Positions 1 through 12,372 of a stretch of 64,000 bases of DNA are shown piece after piece (position 1 is the first letter of the stretch; each line of letters begins with the position of its first letter). The stretch spans positions 29,822,001 through 29,886,000 of the forward strand of contig NC_073395.1 in the NCBI RefSeq assembly GCF_028641065.1, given 5' to 3'. The notes beneath the pieces were generated by a model. The model did no database searches. It was given only the letters and a program-made list of their open reading frames with translations, and was not told where the DNA came from. This stretch comes from Leucoraja erinacea. Its lineage: Eukaryota. Both the position numbers and the translations under genes were made by a program.

Positions 1-340
1 AGGCCCTGCGGTTGGAGCTTTGATCCCTGGCAATGGGATCACAAGCTCCACGGTTAAAGTTGCGCAGACTCCGGCAGCTTGGAGCGGCCGTAAGTCACCA
101 GGAAAGGTCGCAGTGGGGATGGAGAAACGATATGGAAAAAAATCGCATTTTTGTCGAGGTAAGAGATTGAAAAAAAAGTTCCCCCCAACCCCCCCACCCC
201 CAACATAAAACAAACCAAGGAACACTAAAACGTACTTTTTAACGCATACTAAAAGCAAGAAAAATAAGAAAGCACAGACAGTCTGTGCGTTGGTATGGCA
301 GCTGTATGCGTTGGTGAGGCAGCTGCTGCTGATCGCCGCA
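1..340 (-). mobile_element. 5' part of a GC-rich non-autonomous retroelement (related to 4273-5204), truncated by window edge
   Basis: Same layout as 4990-5204 (GC-rich block, AAAA.TCGCATT, C-run, A-rich tract, GC-rich end). Confidence 0.45.
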
Positions 341-796
341 TTAGGATTTGCAGGCTTGTAGGATTTGCCGACTTTGGAGAGGGTGTGAAAGAGGTTTACC
401 AGATTGCTGACACATGGAAATGTATTTGTTGGTTTACAAAGAAAGACACAAAGGTCTTCTATTCATGTTCTCCCAAAATGCTGCCTGACCCGTTTAGTTA
501 TTCCATCATATTTGTTTCTTTTTTCTTTACACCAGAATTGAACTTGGATTAGATGGTATTAGTTATAAAGGGAAATTGGTTGAACTTGGATTGTATTTCT
601 GGAGTGTAGGAGTCAGAGACATAGAGTGATACAGTGTGGAAACGGGCCATTCGGCTAAAACATGCCCACACCGGCCAACCTGTCCCAGCTACACTAGTCC
701 CACCCGCCCGTGTTTGGTCCATATCCCTCCAAACCTGTCCCATCCATAGAAGCTGTGAAGATCTGATGGAATTATGAAAAATCCAGAGAGACATGG

Positions 797-1290
797 GGGC
801 CTGTCCCATGAGCATGCGACTGCATGCAGCAAGCGCAAACTAACGTGGTAGCTTGAGCCGTAGGGCCTCGCGTGGCCGGTCCCACTTCGATCACCGGAGC
901 CGTATGGAGTTGTGCGGAGCTGGTCCCGACATCACGCGGGGCTCCGAAAAACTGACACTGTCCAAAAATTCTGCGCGGCAATGACCTGCCAGCCTGCAGC
1001 CGCATTGAGGCCGTACGCATCGACTCGGTGGCCATGCGCGGTGTCTCGACGCCGTACGCAGCGTCTTGACGCTGTACGTCATGCGCGAACTTCCAGCAGA
1101 TTCGCTCGAACTTCACGTGAACTCGTACATGATCACTTGACCTCCGCGCGGCCCCCACTTCCGGTTTGGTCGCGCACGCCGCATGCAACCTCATGCTGGT
1201 GGGACAGGCCCTGTACGGGGATCACTCGACCTCTGCGCGGCCCCCGCTTCCGGTTTGATCGCGCTTGCCGCATGCTCGTGGGACAGGCCC
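797..1290. mobile_element. PIF/Harbinger-like MITE with duplicated right terminus
   Basis: TIR GGGCCTGTCCCA at 797 and TGGGACAGGCCC at both 1200-1211 and 1279-1290; CpG-rich; homologous to 22562-23079. Confidence 0.75.
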
Positions 1291-3221
1291 TTAGGGTATA
1301 CTGACAGAGCCTTTTCCCCGGAGTGGAAATCAAAGATTAGAGGGCATTGGTTTAAGGTGAAAGGGACACACTTTAAAGGAGATAAGAGGAGCAAGTGATT
1401 TACACAGAAAATGCTGGCAGGGATGATGGTGGAAGCAGATGCAACATTGGTGTTAAAGATGCTTTTGGAGATACACATGGATATGTTGGGGATGAAAGGA
1501 TATCCATGTGTATCTTTCTTATTTTGCACAAGGTCTTTCCTTTTGTCTGAATTATATGCATTTTAGACCATATTGGATCTACTTTATATGATTCCATGTT
1601 CACCGTTTTGCTGAGCACGGATACTCCATCAACCATTCTGACCACACAACTCAATATATTCCCAATTCCATGCACGTCCAACTTTGGTTTTCCATCCAAG
1701 GACTTCACAAGACCTATCGACTATTTTGTGCATTTGAAGTGTGGTATTTTCATTCCTGTGTGTGTTTTCCCACTTTATTCTCCAATCTACAAAGTATTTA
1801 ACCCTGCACCTCTGCAGGACGTGGTCTGAAAGAGTTTGTAGGGTGAATTAAAGGGCATGCATTTAGTATGAGGCAGGTGGGCATATGTAGAATACACAAG
1901 TACCTCTCTTCCCTTTCATATATTCCTGCAGCTGGAATCTCCATAGTCTTTCCTGCCACTGGGGTAAAATTATCCTACACCCAGCCAAGCACCATAATAT
2001 GGCCAATACTGCAGACCTGATGCTTAGTTTGGTTACTGTAATGAAATATATCCAGGATTCAAGGATTCGGATCAATGAATGGAGGAAGCACATGGTGAAG
2101 AGCGCACATAACTATTTATTAAAGCAAACACAAGTAAACATCAAAAAAACTATCAATGAAACAATACAAAATAACTCTTACGCCCCTTTGCGTATTCAAG
2201 TCTCTTGTCTGTACTGGCTGGCACCGGCACAAACCACAATCCAAGCTCTTCCTCTCACTCTCTCTCCTTGGCAAAGCTCTTTTCTCTCCCTGACGATGAA
2301 AATCTTTTCTCTCCCCAAAGATGAAGCTCATGCTGTCATGGTAGAAGCATGTATTTATATAATCATTTTATCACTAAGAATAACAGGTGATTATGTGTCA
2401 GCTAGCTATTCTCCGTGGTACCGTAATGGCGTGAGTTATGTGTCCTATCAGACACTGAGCTAGTATCGGATGTCTCTGGGAAAGCATAGTTTATCTCAGT
2501 GACTTCACAGGTGTCTTCATGATCTACTGGTCTCCCAATTAGCCCAAGCATTCTTAGAAAAAACATGACTTGTTTCAAAACATGGTGCTGCTGATTCAGC
2601 TGACAACTCCATTCCAGCTCAGTCTGACCCTTACGTTCAGTTACTCTTTGAAGGACCGTGCCATGTGTTTGATCTATGTCCCATGAATGGATGAAAATTC
2701 TTTGTCTCTGGAAGTCAGGCCAACTTTGATACCTCAGTGTACTGCCCACTTGTGATATGCTGTGTGTTGAATGATCATCTAACCATACCCTAGTTTTGAG
2801 TAAGACCCAAAAAGACATTGGCATGAGCAAATCAACCCTCAAGTCTACTTCATCAGTCAATAAGATCATGGCTGATCCAACTTTCCTCATCCAATATTCC
2901 ACCCTGGCCCCATAGGCATTGATTCCAAAGCTGATTAAAAATTCATTTTAATTGACGGATTCAGTTTTCAGGAGCTAGGAATTCCAAAGACCTAAAGCCC
3001 ACCTTTACTATTGTTTTCAGTGTCCAGAGTCTTTCTCCACTGAACAACAGAAATAAAAAGAACTTCTTTTGATGCATTATTTCTCTATGCATTTGTTATT
3101 TTCCAGAAGGAATTCAGCCTGAAATTATTTTGGTACTGCTGTTGGATTTGTGACCCTCAGTGCCTTCACATTGTTGCTGTTTGACTCTTCACTATAACAG
3201 AATCAAATTTGTAACTTGGTT

Positions 3222-3628
3222 TATACTCACTAGAATTTAGGAGATTGAGAGGGGATCTTATAGAAACTTACAAAATTCTTAAGGGTTTGGACAGGCTAGA
3301 TGCAGGAAGATTGCTCCCGATGTTAGGGAAGTCCAGGACAAGGGGTCGCAGCTTAAGGAAAAGGGGGAAATCCTTTAAAAACCGAGATGAGAAGAACTTT
3401 TTTTCACACAGAGAGTGGTGAATCTCTGGAACTCTCTGCCACAGAAGGTAGTTGAGGCTATATTTAAGAGGGAGTTAGATGTGGCCCTGGTGGCCAAGGG
3501 AATCAGAGGGTATGGAGAGAAGGCAGGTATGGGATACTGAGTTGGATGATCAGCCATGATCATATTGAATGGCGGTGCAGGCTCGAAGGGCAGAATGGCC
3601 TACTCCTGCACCTAATTTCTATGTTTCT
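3222..3628 (+). mobile_element. CR1 (HER1-like) LINE 3' fragment
   Basis: ORF2 C-terminal remnant (YSLEFRRLRGDLIETYKILKGLDRLDAGR), conserved 3' UTR and TTTCTATG tail. Confidence 0.9.
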
Positions 3629-4272
3629 AAATGTTTCATGGTGCTACAAACTAAATTTGACTTGTGCCTTCTGTTATTCCGTGTGAGGAATGGATCAACT
3701 CAAATGGATGCAAAGTAGCTCTTCGAAGGAATATATTTACTTTAAACATATCAATATATCCAAGAAATGGGGCATTTTTAATGCACATCAGAAATTTGAT
3801 TAGAAAATACAACAAAAAAGTGCAGAGGATTCTCCATTCTCTAGACGTGTAAATAGATGGAAAAGAAAGGTTGTTTCAGGTAGCCATTATGAAAAGGTAC
3901 CAAAGCCAAAGAAAAAGTTGGAATATAGATTAATCTGGATGCATACGAAGGCAGGCAACCAAATGTTAAAAGGAAACAATAGTCTTTAAGTCAGCATTAA
4001 AGGCAAAAACATGAAGGAAGGAAAGCTTAGAGCAATATCGTCCCAATGCAGGCAAATGGGACTAGCCCTGGAAACACCTGGGTCCACATGGATGTTGGGC
4101 CGAAGGGCCTGTTTCAATGTTGCATCAGTCGAATTAGACTCTAGGATTCCGATCTCATGTAGATATGTTTCCCTATGTTTGCGAATAATTCAGATGAGCC
4201 ATTTTGAGAAGATACATGATAATTGTAAGCACAGGATTAATTTCTGGGGTGGGCAAAGCACTAACACAACGA

Positions 4273-5204
4273 ATAGAATAGAATAGAATAGCCTTTTATT
4301 TGTCATTCAGACCGAAGTCTGAACGAAATTTAAGCAGTCATACATACAATAAAAAACAACAATAAACACATATTAACATCCACCACAGTGAGACCACCCA
4401 ACATCTCCTCACTGTGATGGAGGCAAAAGCCTTTGGTCTGCAGTCTCTTCCCTCCTCTTCTCCCTCTGCGCTGAGGCGATACCCCCCCCGGGCGATGTTA
4501 TAACAGTCCCGCGGCTCAACACTGCGGCCCGGGGTGGTCGTAGCTGCCGCCCACCCAGACCTGCAGACGCAGCCGCTGGCCCGCGGCCGAAAGCCAGACT
4601 CAGGCCACCGCCGCCAGAACACCGTCCCAGCCACCCACACGTGAGTAACTGTCGACTTCAGCCTCGGGCCGGGCCACCCCGACATGGGCGTTGCTCCTCC
4701 CTTCGGCTGGGCCGCCCCGACACAGGCACCGAACCTCCCCCGGGCCGTGCCGCCCCAACTCGGGCGTTGCTCCTCCCTTCGGCCGGGCCGCCCCGACATA
4801 GGCGCCGAACCTCCCTCGGGCTGCGAGCGCCGCACCTCCCCAAGCTCAGCCGCTCCGACGGGAGCCTCGTTCCACCTCGGGCTGGCCGCTCCTCTCCTGT
4901 GCCGACCGCCCTCACGGGAGCGAGCTCAGGGCGAGTCTAGACGGTCTCTGCCTCCGGAGCCTTGAGGTCGCCAGCTCCATTTAGGCCTCAGCGCCGACGG
5001 AGGCAGAGAAGGGGAATACGACAGAAAAGTCGCATTCCCCCGCAGGGAGAGACTGCACACCCCGTTCCACCCCCCCCCTCCCCCACAAAACACCACTAAA
5101 AAAACAAAAACTAGACTAACCAAACAAAATAAACAACACAAAAAACACAAAAACAAACAGGACTGTCGATGAGCCGCTGCAGCCAGAGCCGCGCCGCCAC
5201 TTCC
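4273..5204 (-). mobile_element. Non-autonomous retroelement with Rex1/Babar-type 3' end and (CTATT)n tail
   Basis: Minus strand ends AAATTTCGTT-stem/loop-AATGACAAATAAA...(CTATT)n; GC-rich non-coding body with about 76-bp tandem duplication (4686/4762). Confidence 0.6.
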
Positions 5205-5319
5205 ATGAAGATAGATAAATGAATCAGCAGGATTTATTGTAACTCTTGAGAAGGGATCTCCACTTTGCACTCTATTCTGCACTGGACCCACTGGACAAAG
5301 AAAACAACTCAAACCCCAG

Positions 5320-5640
5320 GAATGAAGGAGATCACAAAAAGTGGTGAACATAACCTGGTCCATCATGGGTACAGGCCTCTCCACTATCCAAGGGATTTCA
5401 CCAACAGACTATTTTACACCACAACCACTAACTAAACTTTGAATTACAAACTGTCTTGGTTGCGTTAGGGGACTTTGAATTTTTGTTTTGCACTAATCTT
5501 GATTTTGTTTTTGGAAAGTTGTTAGTTTATTATGTTGTCTATTGAGTACTGTGTTCACAGACCTGTTATGCGGCTGCAAGTACGAATTTCATTGTTCTGT
5601 TTCGGAACATATGACACTCAAACATTCTTGACTCTTGAAG
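5320..5640 (+). mobile_element. Degraded Rex1/Babar LINE fragment
   Basis: QKVVNITWSIMGTGL-like remnant and 3' end AATTTCATTGTTC...ATGACA...(TCTTGA)n. Confidence 0.55.
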
Positions 5641-7174
5641 CACAGATGTCTCACATCATTTTGTTCTGGAAGCTGAGAACAATTGAATGCTCAAATTACA
5701 TCTATGCTGATTGATCCAAAATTGTCTACCTTCATCCCTTGTGTTGATTGATATGAAGATTGGTAGAGAGCAGTAACATATGAACTGTGATTTAGTCCAT
5801 TAACAATGGAGTATAATTGTGTAAAAAATCACAAATTTAGAACTTTGTGAAAATGCAAATAGACAAGTTAATTGTCTGGAGGTGAACTATAACCAACGAG
5901 TCTTGAGATTCGGGTCTTGAGATTCATTGGACTTCTTCTGAGTGAGTTGCTGCTACTCCAATAATCCTCCATATGGAATTTGCCCAGATTTGAAACCAAT
6001 TGTTAAGCCTGATTGGTGGACTTCATGTTCAGTGGCTAAAAAAGGCAGTAGTCAAATGTGGACGGGATGGGTCGGCTTGTGCTCTGCAGTGGTTGGTTAA
6101 TGTTAGATCAGAAGAAGGGTTGCTCGATATTCTTGCATCATGTGAATGTAAAATAATTACATCTTTTTGCTGATAGCTACAAGCTAAGTAGCATTTACGT
6201 TAAATTTGACATTATCTTGATTAGCACGGGTGTCAGTGGTTATGGGGCTAAGGCAGGAGAATGAGGTTGAGAGGGAAAGATAGATCAGCCATGCTTGAAT
6301 AGTGTAGTGGACATAATGGGCTCAATGGCCTTATTCCGCCCCTAGATCTGATGAACTTATCATCCGATTGCTTCCCCACAAAACGTTTGCAAAATTGACT
6401 ATCACATTGGCAACGCACCAGAAAAACCATCTGACATATATTTGGGACTGCCATTTGTGTGAATCCTTTGGGTGAAATGGTGTTCTGCGATACCTTGAAA
6501 CAAGCACAAGGTCTAATTTAAAATGCTCTTGTTCTGCATATCTTCAGCCTTGTGTTTGTTAGAAGTGAGATGTGAAAAAAACCCGTGATTAAATATTCAC
6601 CATTACAGTGGTAGTTCTGAAACTAGAGTTACTTGAAGCACCCAAGAGATAGGTAATAGATGCCTGCTTTGGTCTGGATTTAGACCCAGAAATTCAAATA
6701 GTTATAGACAGGCCGACTGGAAAACCTAACAGACTGGGCTGGCCATTACTTTGTTTACCACTCACGTAGATACCGAATATATCTGCAATAGTATTCCTAA
6801 CCAGCGTAGATATTGTCAGTGGAACATTTTGACTGTCAAACTGGATTGTATTGTAACTTGCACAGTGGCTGGAGAAGTGGCCAACAATTCTTCACAACAC
6901 TGCAGCTAGCATTATCAATTGTAAATCCTACATAATTTAAAAAGCTGTTCATTTCCTTTCTTACCAAGCATTAATCTCAGGTAACTAATTCAGGTTAAGA
7001 TTCGAAAACCCACCTTGAAGAATGTGTCATTGTACTTGTCAATATCAACAAAAGTGAATGTTTATTGTTTGTTCACCACCTACACAGCCTGTAAAACGAT
7101 TCATTAATTCTGAAGCATGTGCTCCCCTTTGGTAACCAAAGACATTTCGTGAAAGGTGACGTCTCTTGCATGTA

Positions 7175-7222
7175 TCTCTCTCTCTCGTTCTCTCTCTCTC
7201 TCTCTCTCTCTTGCCCTCTCTC
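7175..7222. repeat. (CT)n microsatellite
   Basis: Direct reading. Confidence 0.9.
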
Positions 7223-7877
7223 TATTTATCTGTTTTTGTTGTTTAATCAAGAAATTTCTTGTCCCTGGAGAGAATGCAAGAATTTAGCAATTAGTGGCAG
7301 CTCCATCAACAGCTAGTAGCTTCAGGGAACGCAAGCTGTTAGAGTTCAGCTGTCTGGAATTTCAAAAGAAGAATTGAGAATTAATTCATCCCTTCAGAAA
7401 ACAAAACCAGCAAGTAAGCTAAATGCTAACTTAAGGTAATTTTTACTTTAAAAATAATTTGAAAAATTGTTCTGTGCCTTCCCGGAGATGAGCTATAGTT
7501 CTCCCAGAGTGAACAGAATATAGCTGAGCAGTACTTCTTCTCAAAGTTAGAATCAGTAGTTATAAAGCTACCAGACAAGACTAAGCCTTCAAGCTTAGAG
7601 GCCAGTTTTAATGAGAGTGCTGTATGGGAAAGGTTTTAAAAAAAAAACCCAACCTCACCAGACTGACCTGAGCCAGAGGCATTTTTCCTTAACCAACGTT
7701 CGAGTAGGTTTCACTGCATTCAGGTGAGGTTTATCTTAGAAGTCCATGTTTTGATAATGAGCTCAGCACCTCTGTGGGTTTTGTTAATGAAGGTTTATCA
7801 TGGAGGGTGGGAATGTGTGGGGTAACTTCCTCCAGAGAAACACAGCCTCCCACAGGACCACGGCACCCATGGTAAAT

Positions 7878-8110
7878 AGAAACATAGAAACATAGAAAAT
7901 AGGTGCAGGAGTAGGCCATTCGGGCCTTCGAGCCTGCACCGCCATTCAATATGATCATGGCTGATCATCCAACTCAGTATCCCGTACTTGCCTTTTCTCC
8001 ATACACCCTGATCCCCTTAGCCACAAGGGCCACATCTAACTCCATCTTAAATATAGCCAATGAACTGGCCAGTTTTGGGACCAGGATGGATTTCTGTGTG
8101 AAAAATGTTT
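7878..8110 (-). mobile_element. CR1 LINE 3' fragment
   Basis: (CATAGAAA)n tail and reverse complement of the 3' UTR seen at 3480-3628. Confidence 0.85.
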
Positions 8111-8265
8111 TTCAGGATGGATTTATCCTTATCTTCCCTGCTTCATTGCAGCCTGTGCTGTGAATTTGTACAACCTCCCAACCTAAGTTAAGCATTTCAC
8201 TGTACCTAAGTACAAGTGACATAAAGTATCATTGAATTGAAGTCAACCATAAACACTTACACTTG

Positions 8266-8661
8266 GTCCACCGAGGCCTACCGGATCTGCCGGTTACTAA
8301 CTATATAAAAACTATAGTCTTTACTATTTTTAACTCCCCTTCCCATTCCCATACTCAGCTGCTTGCCCCAGGTCCCTTCTATTGCCAGAGTAAGGTCACA
8401 CACAAATGTCTTTTTTCCCCCTCCACCTACATGTATTTCTCTGGCTTCCCAATTCCCAATTCTTCAATCCTTTTGTCTCGCACCTTTTTTCCAGCTCTGG
8501 CCTTTGTCCACCCATCTGCCTATCAAAGCCACCCCCGCACCTGTCTTCATCTATTACCCGTCACACTTTGTCCTGCCCCTCTTCTCTTTTAGATTTCTTC
8601 CTTCCCCCTCCAATCAGTCTGAAGAAGGGTTCTGACCCAAAATGTCACCTATCCATGTTCT
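8266..8661 (+). mobile_element. Penelope-like 3' fragment/pseudo-LTR, left half (resumes at 12446-12520)
   Basis: Homologous to 38560-39000; ends CAGTCTGAAGAAGGG...TATCCATGTTCT and continues TGTTCTCCAGAGAT at 12446. Confidence 0.7.
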
Positions 8662-8741
8662 TTTAGTTGAGTTTAGTTTATTGTCAAGTGTACCTTATAT
8701 GGTTACCGAGGTACAGTGAAAAGCTTTTGCTGCATGCTAAC

Positions 8742-8944
8742 TGTAGATCGGCTATTGCATGCTAGCCAATCATAGTGTTTGGTAGTAGTAGCCCCGCCTC
8801 GTACATGCTGTATAATATTAAGAAATCGCCGACGTCAGGCAGTATATGCAGCAGCTCAGAGATGTAACGTACTGCAGATCCAATGCTGTAAGTGTTTAAT
8901 AGAGATGTGTTGTATCTTTATATGTGTCTGGGTTTCGTGAAACA
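8742..8944 (+). repeat. 5' LTR
   Basis: TGTAGA...AACA; about 90% identical by eye to 11563-11765. Confidence 0.92.
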
Positions 8945-8991
8945 TGGTGTCAGAAGTGGGATTCGAAGCCACGCCTCTATTTGGACGCCAG

Positions 8992-11484
8992 TCCCTTAGA
9001 ACACTCCTCTACGAACGGGACAAATTCTCAGTCATGAAGGTCTCGTTTGTGCACACTGATCGTTTACGCCACCTTGCCGAACACACGGCTGCGGATGAGG
9101 CTTTACAATTGCTGTCAACAGTCATACGGAACGGTTGGCTCCACAAACAGTCAAATACCCCGCTCGAGATACGCCCTTACTTCCTTAATCGTGACGAATT
9201 AGTGCTACAGGACGGGATCATAGTCAAAGGCCACAAGGTCCCAACCGCATTACGGGATGAATACTACAGCGACGTCCACAGGGGTCACCCTCCTACGAGC
9301 GCAAAGTATGTTTTACTGGCCCGGAATGACAAAATACGTATGTGCAAGAACCGAAACGTGCGCTGTCTGCAACAGTTTAGCACCACGTCAACAGAAGCAG
9401 CCTCTCCTGCCCCAACCAGTTCATCCTCTTCCGTGGTCCTCGCTGCCCACCGACATCCTCGAATGGCATGGAAAACACTATCTAGTTCTTGTTGACTCTT
9501 ATTCAGGATGGTTCAAAATAGACCTACTGCAAACCATTTCCTCGGAGGCAGTGATCGAGAAGCTGCAACGGCATATTTCCGTGCATGGCTCCCCTGCACG
9601 TATTCAGACTGACAATGGCAGGCAATTCACCAGCCAAGCATTCAAGAACTTTGCTGAAAGATGGGACTTCCAACATATTACCAGCAGCCCCGAGTTCCTG
9701 CAGACCAACGGATTGGCCCAACGTGCTGTTAGGAGTGCGAAACAACTTATGGAACGTTCTTACCTTGCCACATCCAACGTATACCTGGACTGGCTCAATC
9801 TATGAAACATTGCATGGGACCCCATACTAGGCTCTCCAGCCCAGCGACTATTGTCTCGCCAAACCCATGCACCCCTGCCTATCTCTCAGCAGCTGCTGTA
9901 TCCACGCGTTCACTTCCCGCCCGCGGGGCAGAAGCAGCTACAATTCAAACGGGACGCACAGAAGCATTTTGTTTGACAAGTCTAGCAAGCCGCTTAAACC
10001 ACTTGCGCGTGGACAAGTGGTTCGCCTGCAAACCGACAAGGGTCATACACGACTGGGGCACATTTACAGCCCATCCAAAGAGCCACGTTCATACCTGGTC
10101 GAAGTGGACGGAGTCATCTACAAACGCAACCGTCAACAAATCCTTTCAGTGAAGGAAACACGTCCTGCAACTCCAGGTCCTGATGCCCCGCCTCTCGTGT
10201 TCGCTCCTACAGCTGTTCCAGCGAGTCGACCACCAGCCGTTACTTCTGCCGCGGGTTCCCCGCGACGGTTGAAGCCTGGCTCGCCTATGGCATCTCCCAC
10301 CAAGCTTGCCGGTCGCCGGTCATGTCCCCACTACCTCTAGGTATGTTACAAAACCTACCCGAATCGTGGCTGAGAATCTGTCCCAGCCCCGTGTGTGTGA
10401 TTTTGGCGCTGTTTAGAGGGGGCGGGTTTAAAACGCGATTTTTACTAGGCTGTTGCAATCGAAAATGTTCAGCCTAGTAAATCATTAATGGAAAATCGCT
10501 GAAAGACCCCGTCGCAAAAGGTATTATTAGTTTTTATGGCCTTGTATAATAGTTATAGTAGTTTAAAAATCACTCTCTAAACCCGCGACCTCTCGCAGCC
10601 CCAGGGTTTTATAAAGCAAACAATTAAAGGTATGTACCTTATTTTTACATTAAAAGGGGCTTCTTAAGAACCCTGTATATAAAGTTTTCTATAGCGAATA
10701 GTTCATTTTGGGCTCTTTATATCCCGCAGTATTTTTCTGGGCATTTGAGGGCACAAATCCAGCGCAATGTGAACGTTCTAAACCAGCGCGTTCACAGGAT
10801 CCCACTAGAAAGCCGATTTAAATTGACTTTAATTTACAGCAATTGAACACTAAATTCCTTCCATTTGGCCTATAAATTAATGTAAATGAGATTTAAAAAT
10901 CATGTTTTATTGTGAATTATTTGTGAATATTATTTGGACACTTAGGCTATTTAAAAATGTTAATCATTTATTAAGAAATGGATAGATGTTTAGATCTAGT
11001 AATTGAAGTTTGAAATTAGCTACAATTGGGTAACTAACTAATTATATGCTTTAATTTCAGGTCCTCCAAGTAAGATTATTTTATATTTGTTTCAGAATGG
11101 TTCAATCTTTGATAACTGAAAATTTCATTCAGTTCTCTTAATTTTTAAGAAGGTTATGGGTTTTTGACTGTCCTCGATCACAGCTTTTTTGTTATGTCCA
11201 TAGAAAATCAATAGGGAACAAGATGCTAATTTCCGAGTATGAAAATGGCCATAACTTTTTTATTACTTGAGATATGAAAGTGAATTAGGTGTCAAATTAA
11301 ACTTATTGTTATGCTTTATCTGATGGGATAAATTGCAGACTTGATTTTTTAAATCTCAAAATTTTGTAACATTGCTACTACCTCCCCCTGTCTTTTTCCC
11401 ACGAAAGGAGGTGAGGCGGTCTCCTACCGCACGAGGGCTGGATGGGTTTGCAGGCCACCTGTTAGATATGCCGATTTTGTGTAA
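8992..11484 (+). pseudogene. Frameshifted Gypsy pol 3' part (integrase HHCC, DDE core, C-terminus), interrupted by a DNA transposon
   Basis: H..GH, YWPGM, CAVC, HYLVLVDSYSGW, TDNGRQFTS, HITSSP...NGLAQRAV, PRSYLVE, and terminal RTRAGWVCRPPVRYADFV* after 11378. Confidence 0.88.
10338..11377. mobile_element. Non-autonomous hAT-like DNA transposon inserted in the Gypsy integrase tail
   Basis: TIRs TAGGTATGTTACAAAA / TTTTGTAACATTGCTA (14/16 match); flanking duplication CTACCTC; AT-rich non-coding interior. Confidence 0.8.
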
Positions 11485-11562
11485 TCTTGCTAGCATATTC
11501 TTAGCACCCCCGCATCATATTGTTTAAGGCACCGTAGTTTCTTTATTTTCTACAAGAAGATA

Positions 11563-11765
11563 TGTAGACCGGCTATTGCATGCTAGCCAATCATAGTGCT
11601 TGTTAATAGTAGCCCTGCCTAGTACATGCTTTATAATATTAAGAACTCGCCTACGTCAGGCAGTAGATGCAGCAGCTCAGAGGTATAACGTACTGCAGAT
11701 CCAATGCTGTAAGTGTTTATAAAGATGTGTTGTATTTTTATATGTGTCTGAGTCTCGTAGTTACA
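11563..11765 (+). repeat. 3' LTR
   Basis: TGTAGACC...TTACA followed by TSD CTAAC. Confidence 0.92.
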
Positions 11766-12073
11766 CTAACTAGTCAGCGGAAATACAACACATGATTGCA
11801 AACGAGCCATCCACTGTGTACAGATATATGATAAAGGGAATAATGTATAGTGTGAGATAAAGTGCAGTAAAGTCTGATTAAAGATCATCCGAGGGTCTCT
11901 AATGAGGTAGATAGTAGCTCAGGACTGTTCTCTTGTTGTTGGTAGGATGATTCTGTTGCCTGATAACAGCTGGGAAGAAACTGTCCCTTAATTTGGAGGT
12001 GTGCATTTTCACACTTCTATGTCTTTTGCCTGATGGGAGAGGGGAGAAGAGGGAATGGCCAGGCATGTTGATT

Positions 12074-12372
12074 ATAACATATAACCATATAACCATATAG
12101 CAATTACAGCACGGAAACAGGCCATCTCGGCCCTACAAGTCCGTGCCAAACAACTTTTTTTCCCTTAGTCCCACCTGCCTGCACTCATACCATAACCCTC
12201 CATTCCCTTCTCATCCATATGCCTATCCAATTTATTTTTAAATGATACCAATGAACCTGCCTCCACCACTTCCACTGGAAGCTCATTCCACACCGCTACC
12301 ACTCTCTGAGTAAAGAAGATCCCCCTCATATTACCCCTAAACTTCTGTCCCTTAATTCTGAAGTCATGTCCT
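12074..12372 (-). mobile_element. CR1 LINE 3' fragment with (ATGGTTAT)n tail
   Basis: ATAACCAT repeats followed by reverse-complement CR1 3' UTR. Confidence 0.8.

Larger units (their letters stand above)
8742..11765 (+). mobile_element. Internally deleted Gypsy/Ty3 LTR retrotransposon
   Basis: Two 203-bp TG...CA LTRs, 5-bp TSD CTAAC (8737-8741, 11766-11770), tRNA-Leu PBS at 8945, purine tract before the 3' LTR, integrase remnants. Confidence 0.93.
8662..12073 (-). mobile_element. Rex1/Babar LINE 3' fragment split by the Gypsy insertion
   Basis: PGHSLFSPLPSGKRHRS...KLRDSFFPAVIR motif (ORF 11899..12096); 3' UTR continuous across the CTAAC TSD. Confidence 0.75.

Noticed and set aside
772-1529. 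Several overlapping ORFs, echoed at 22455-23393
   Set aside because: They lie in CpG-rich MITEs; no transposase or Myb/SANT motifs
1999-2902. 154-aa and 166-aa ORFs
   Set aside because: No recognisable motifs or splice context; one overlaps a degraded CR1 tail
4338-5384. Overlapping Arg/Gly/Pro-rich ORFs
   Set aside because: By-product of a GC-rich non-coding retroelement; no domains
8945-8991. tRNA-Leu gene on the minus strand
   Set aside because: Only the 3' half including encoded CCA is present and it abuts an LTR; it is a PBS or primer copy, not a gene
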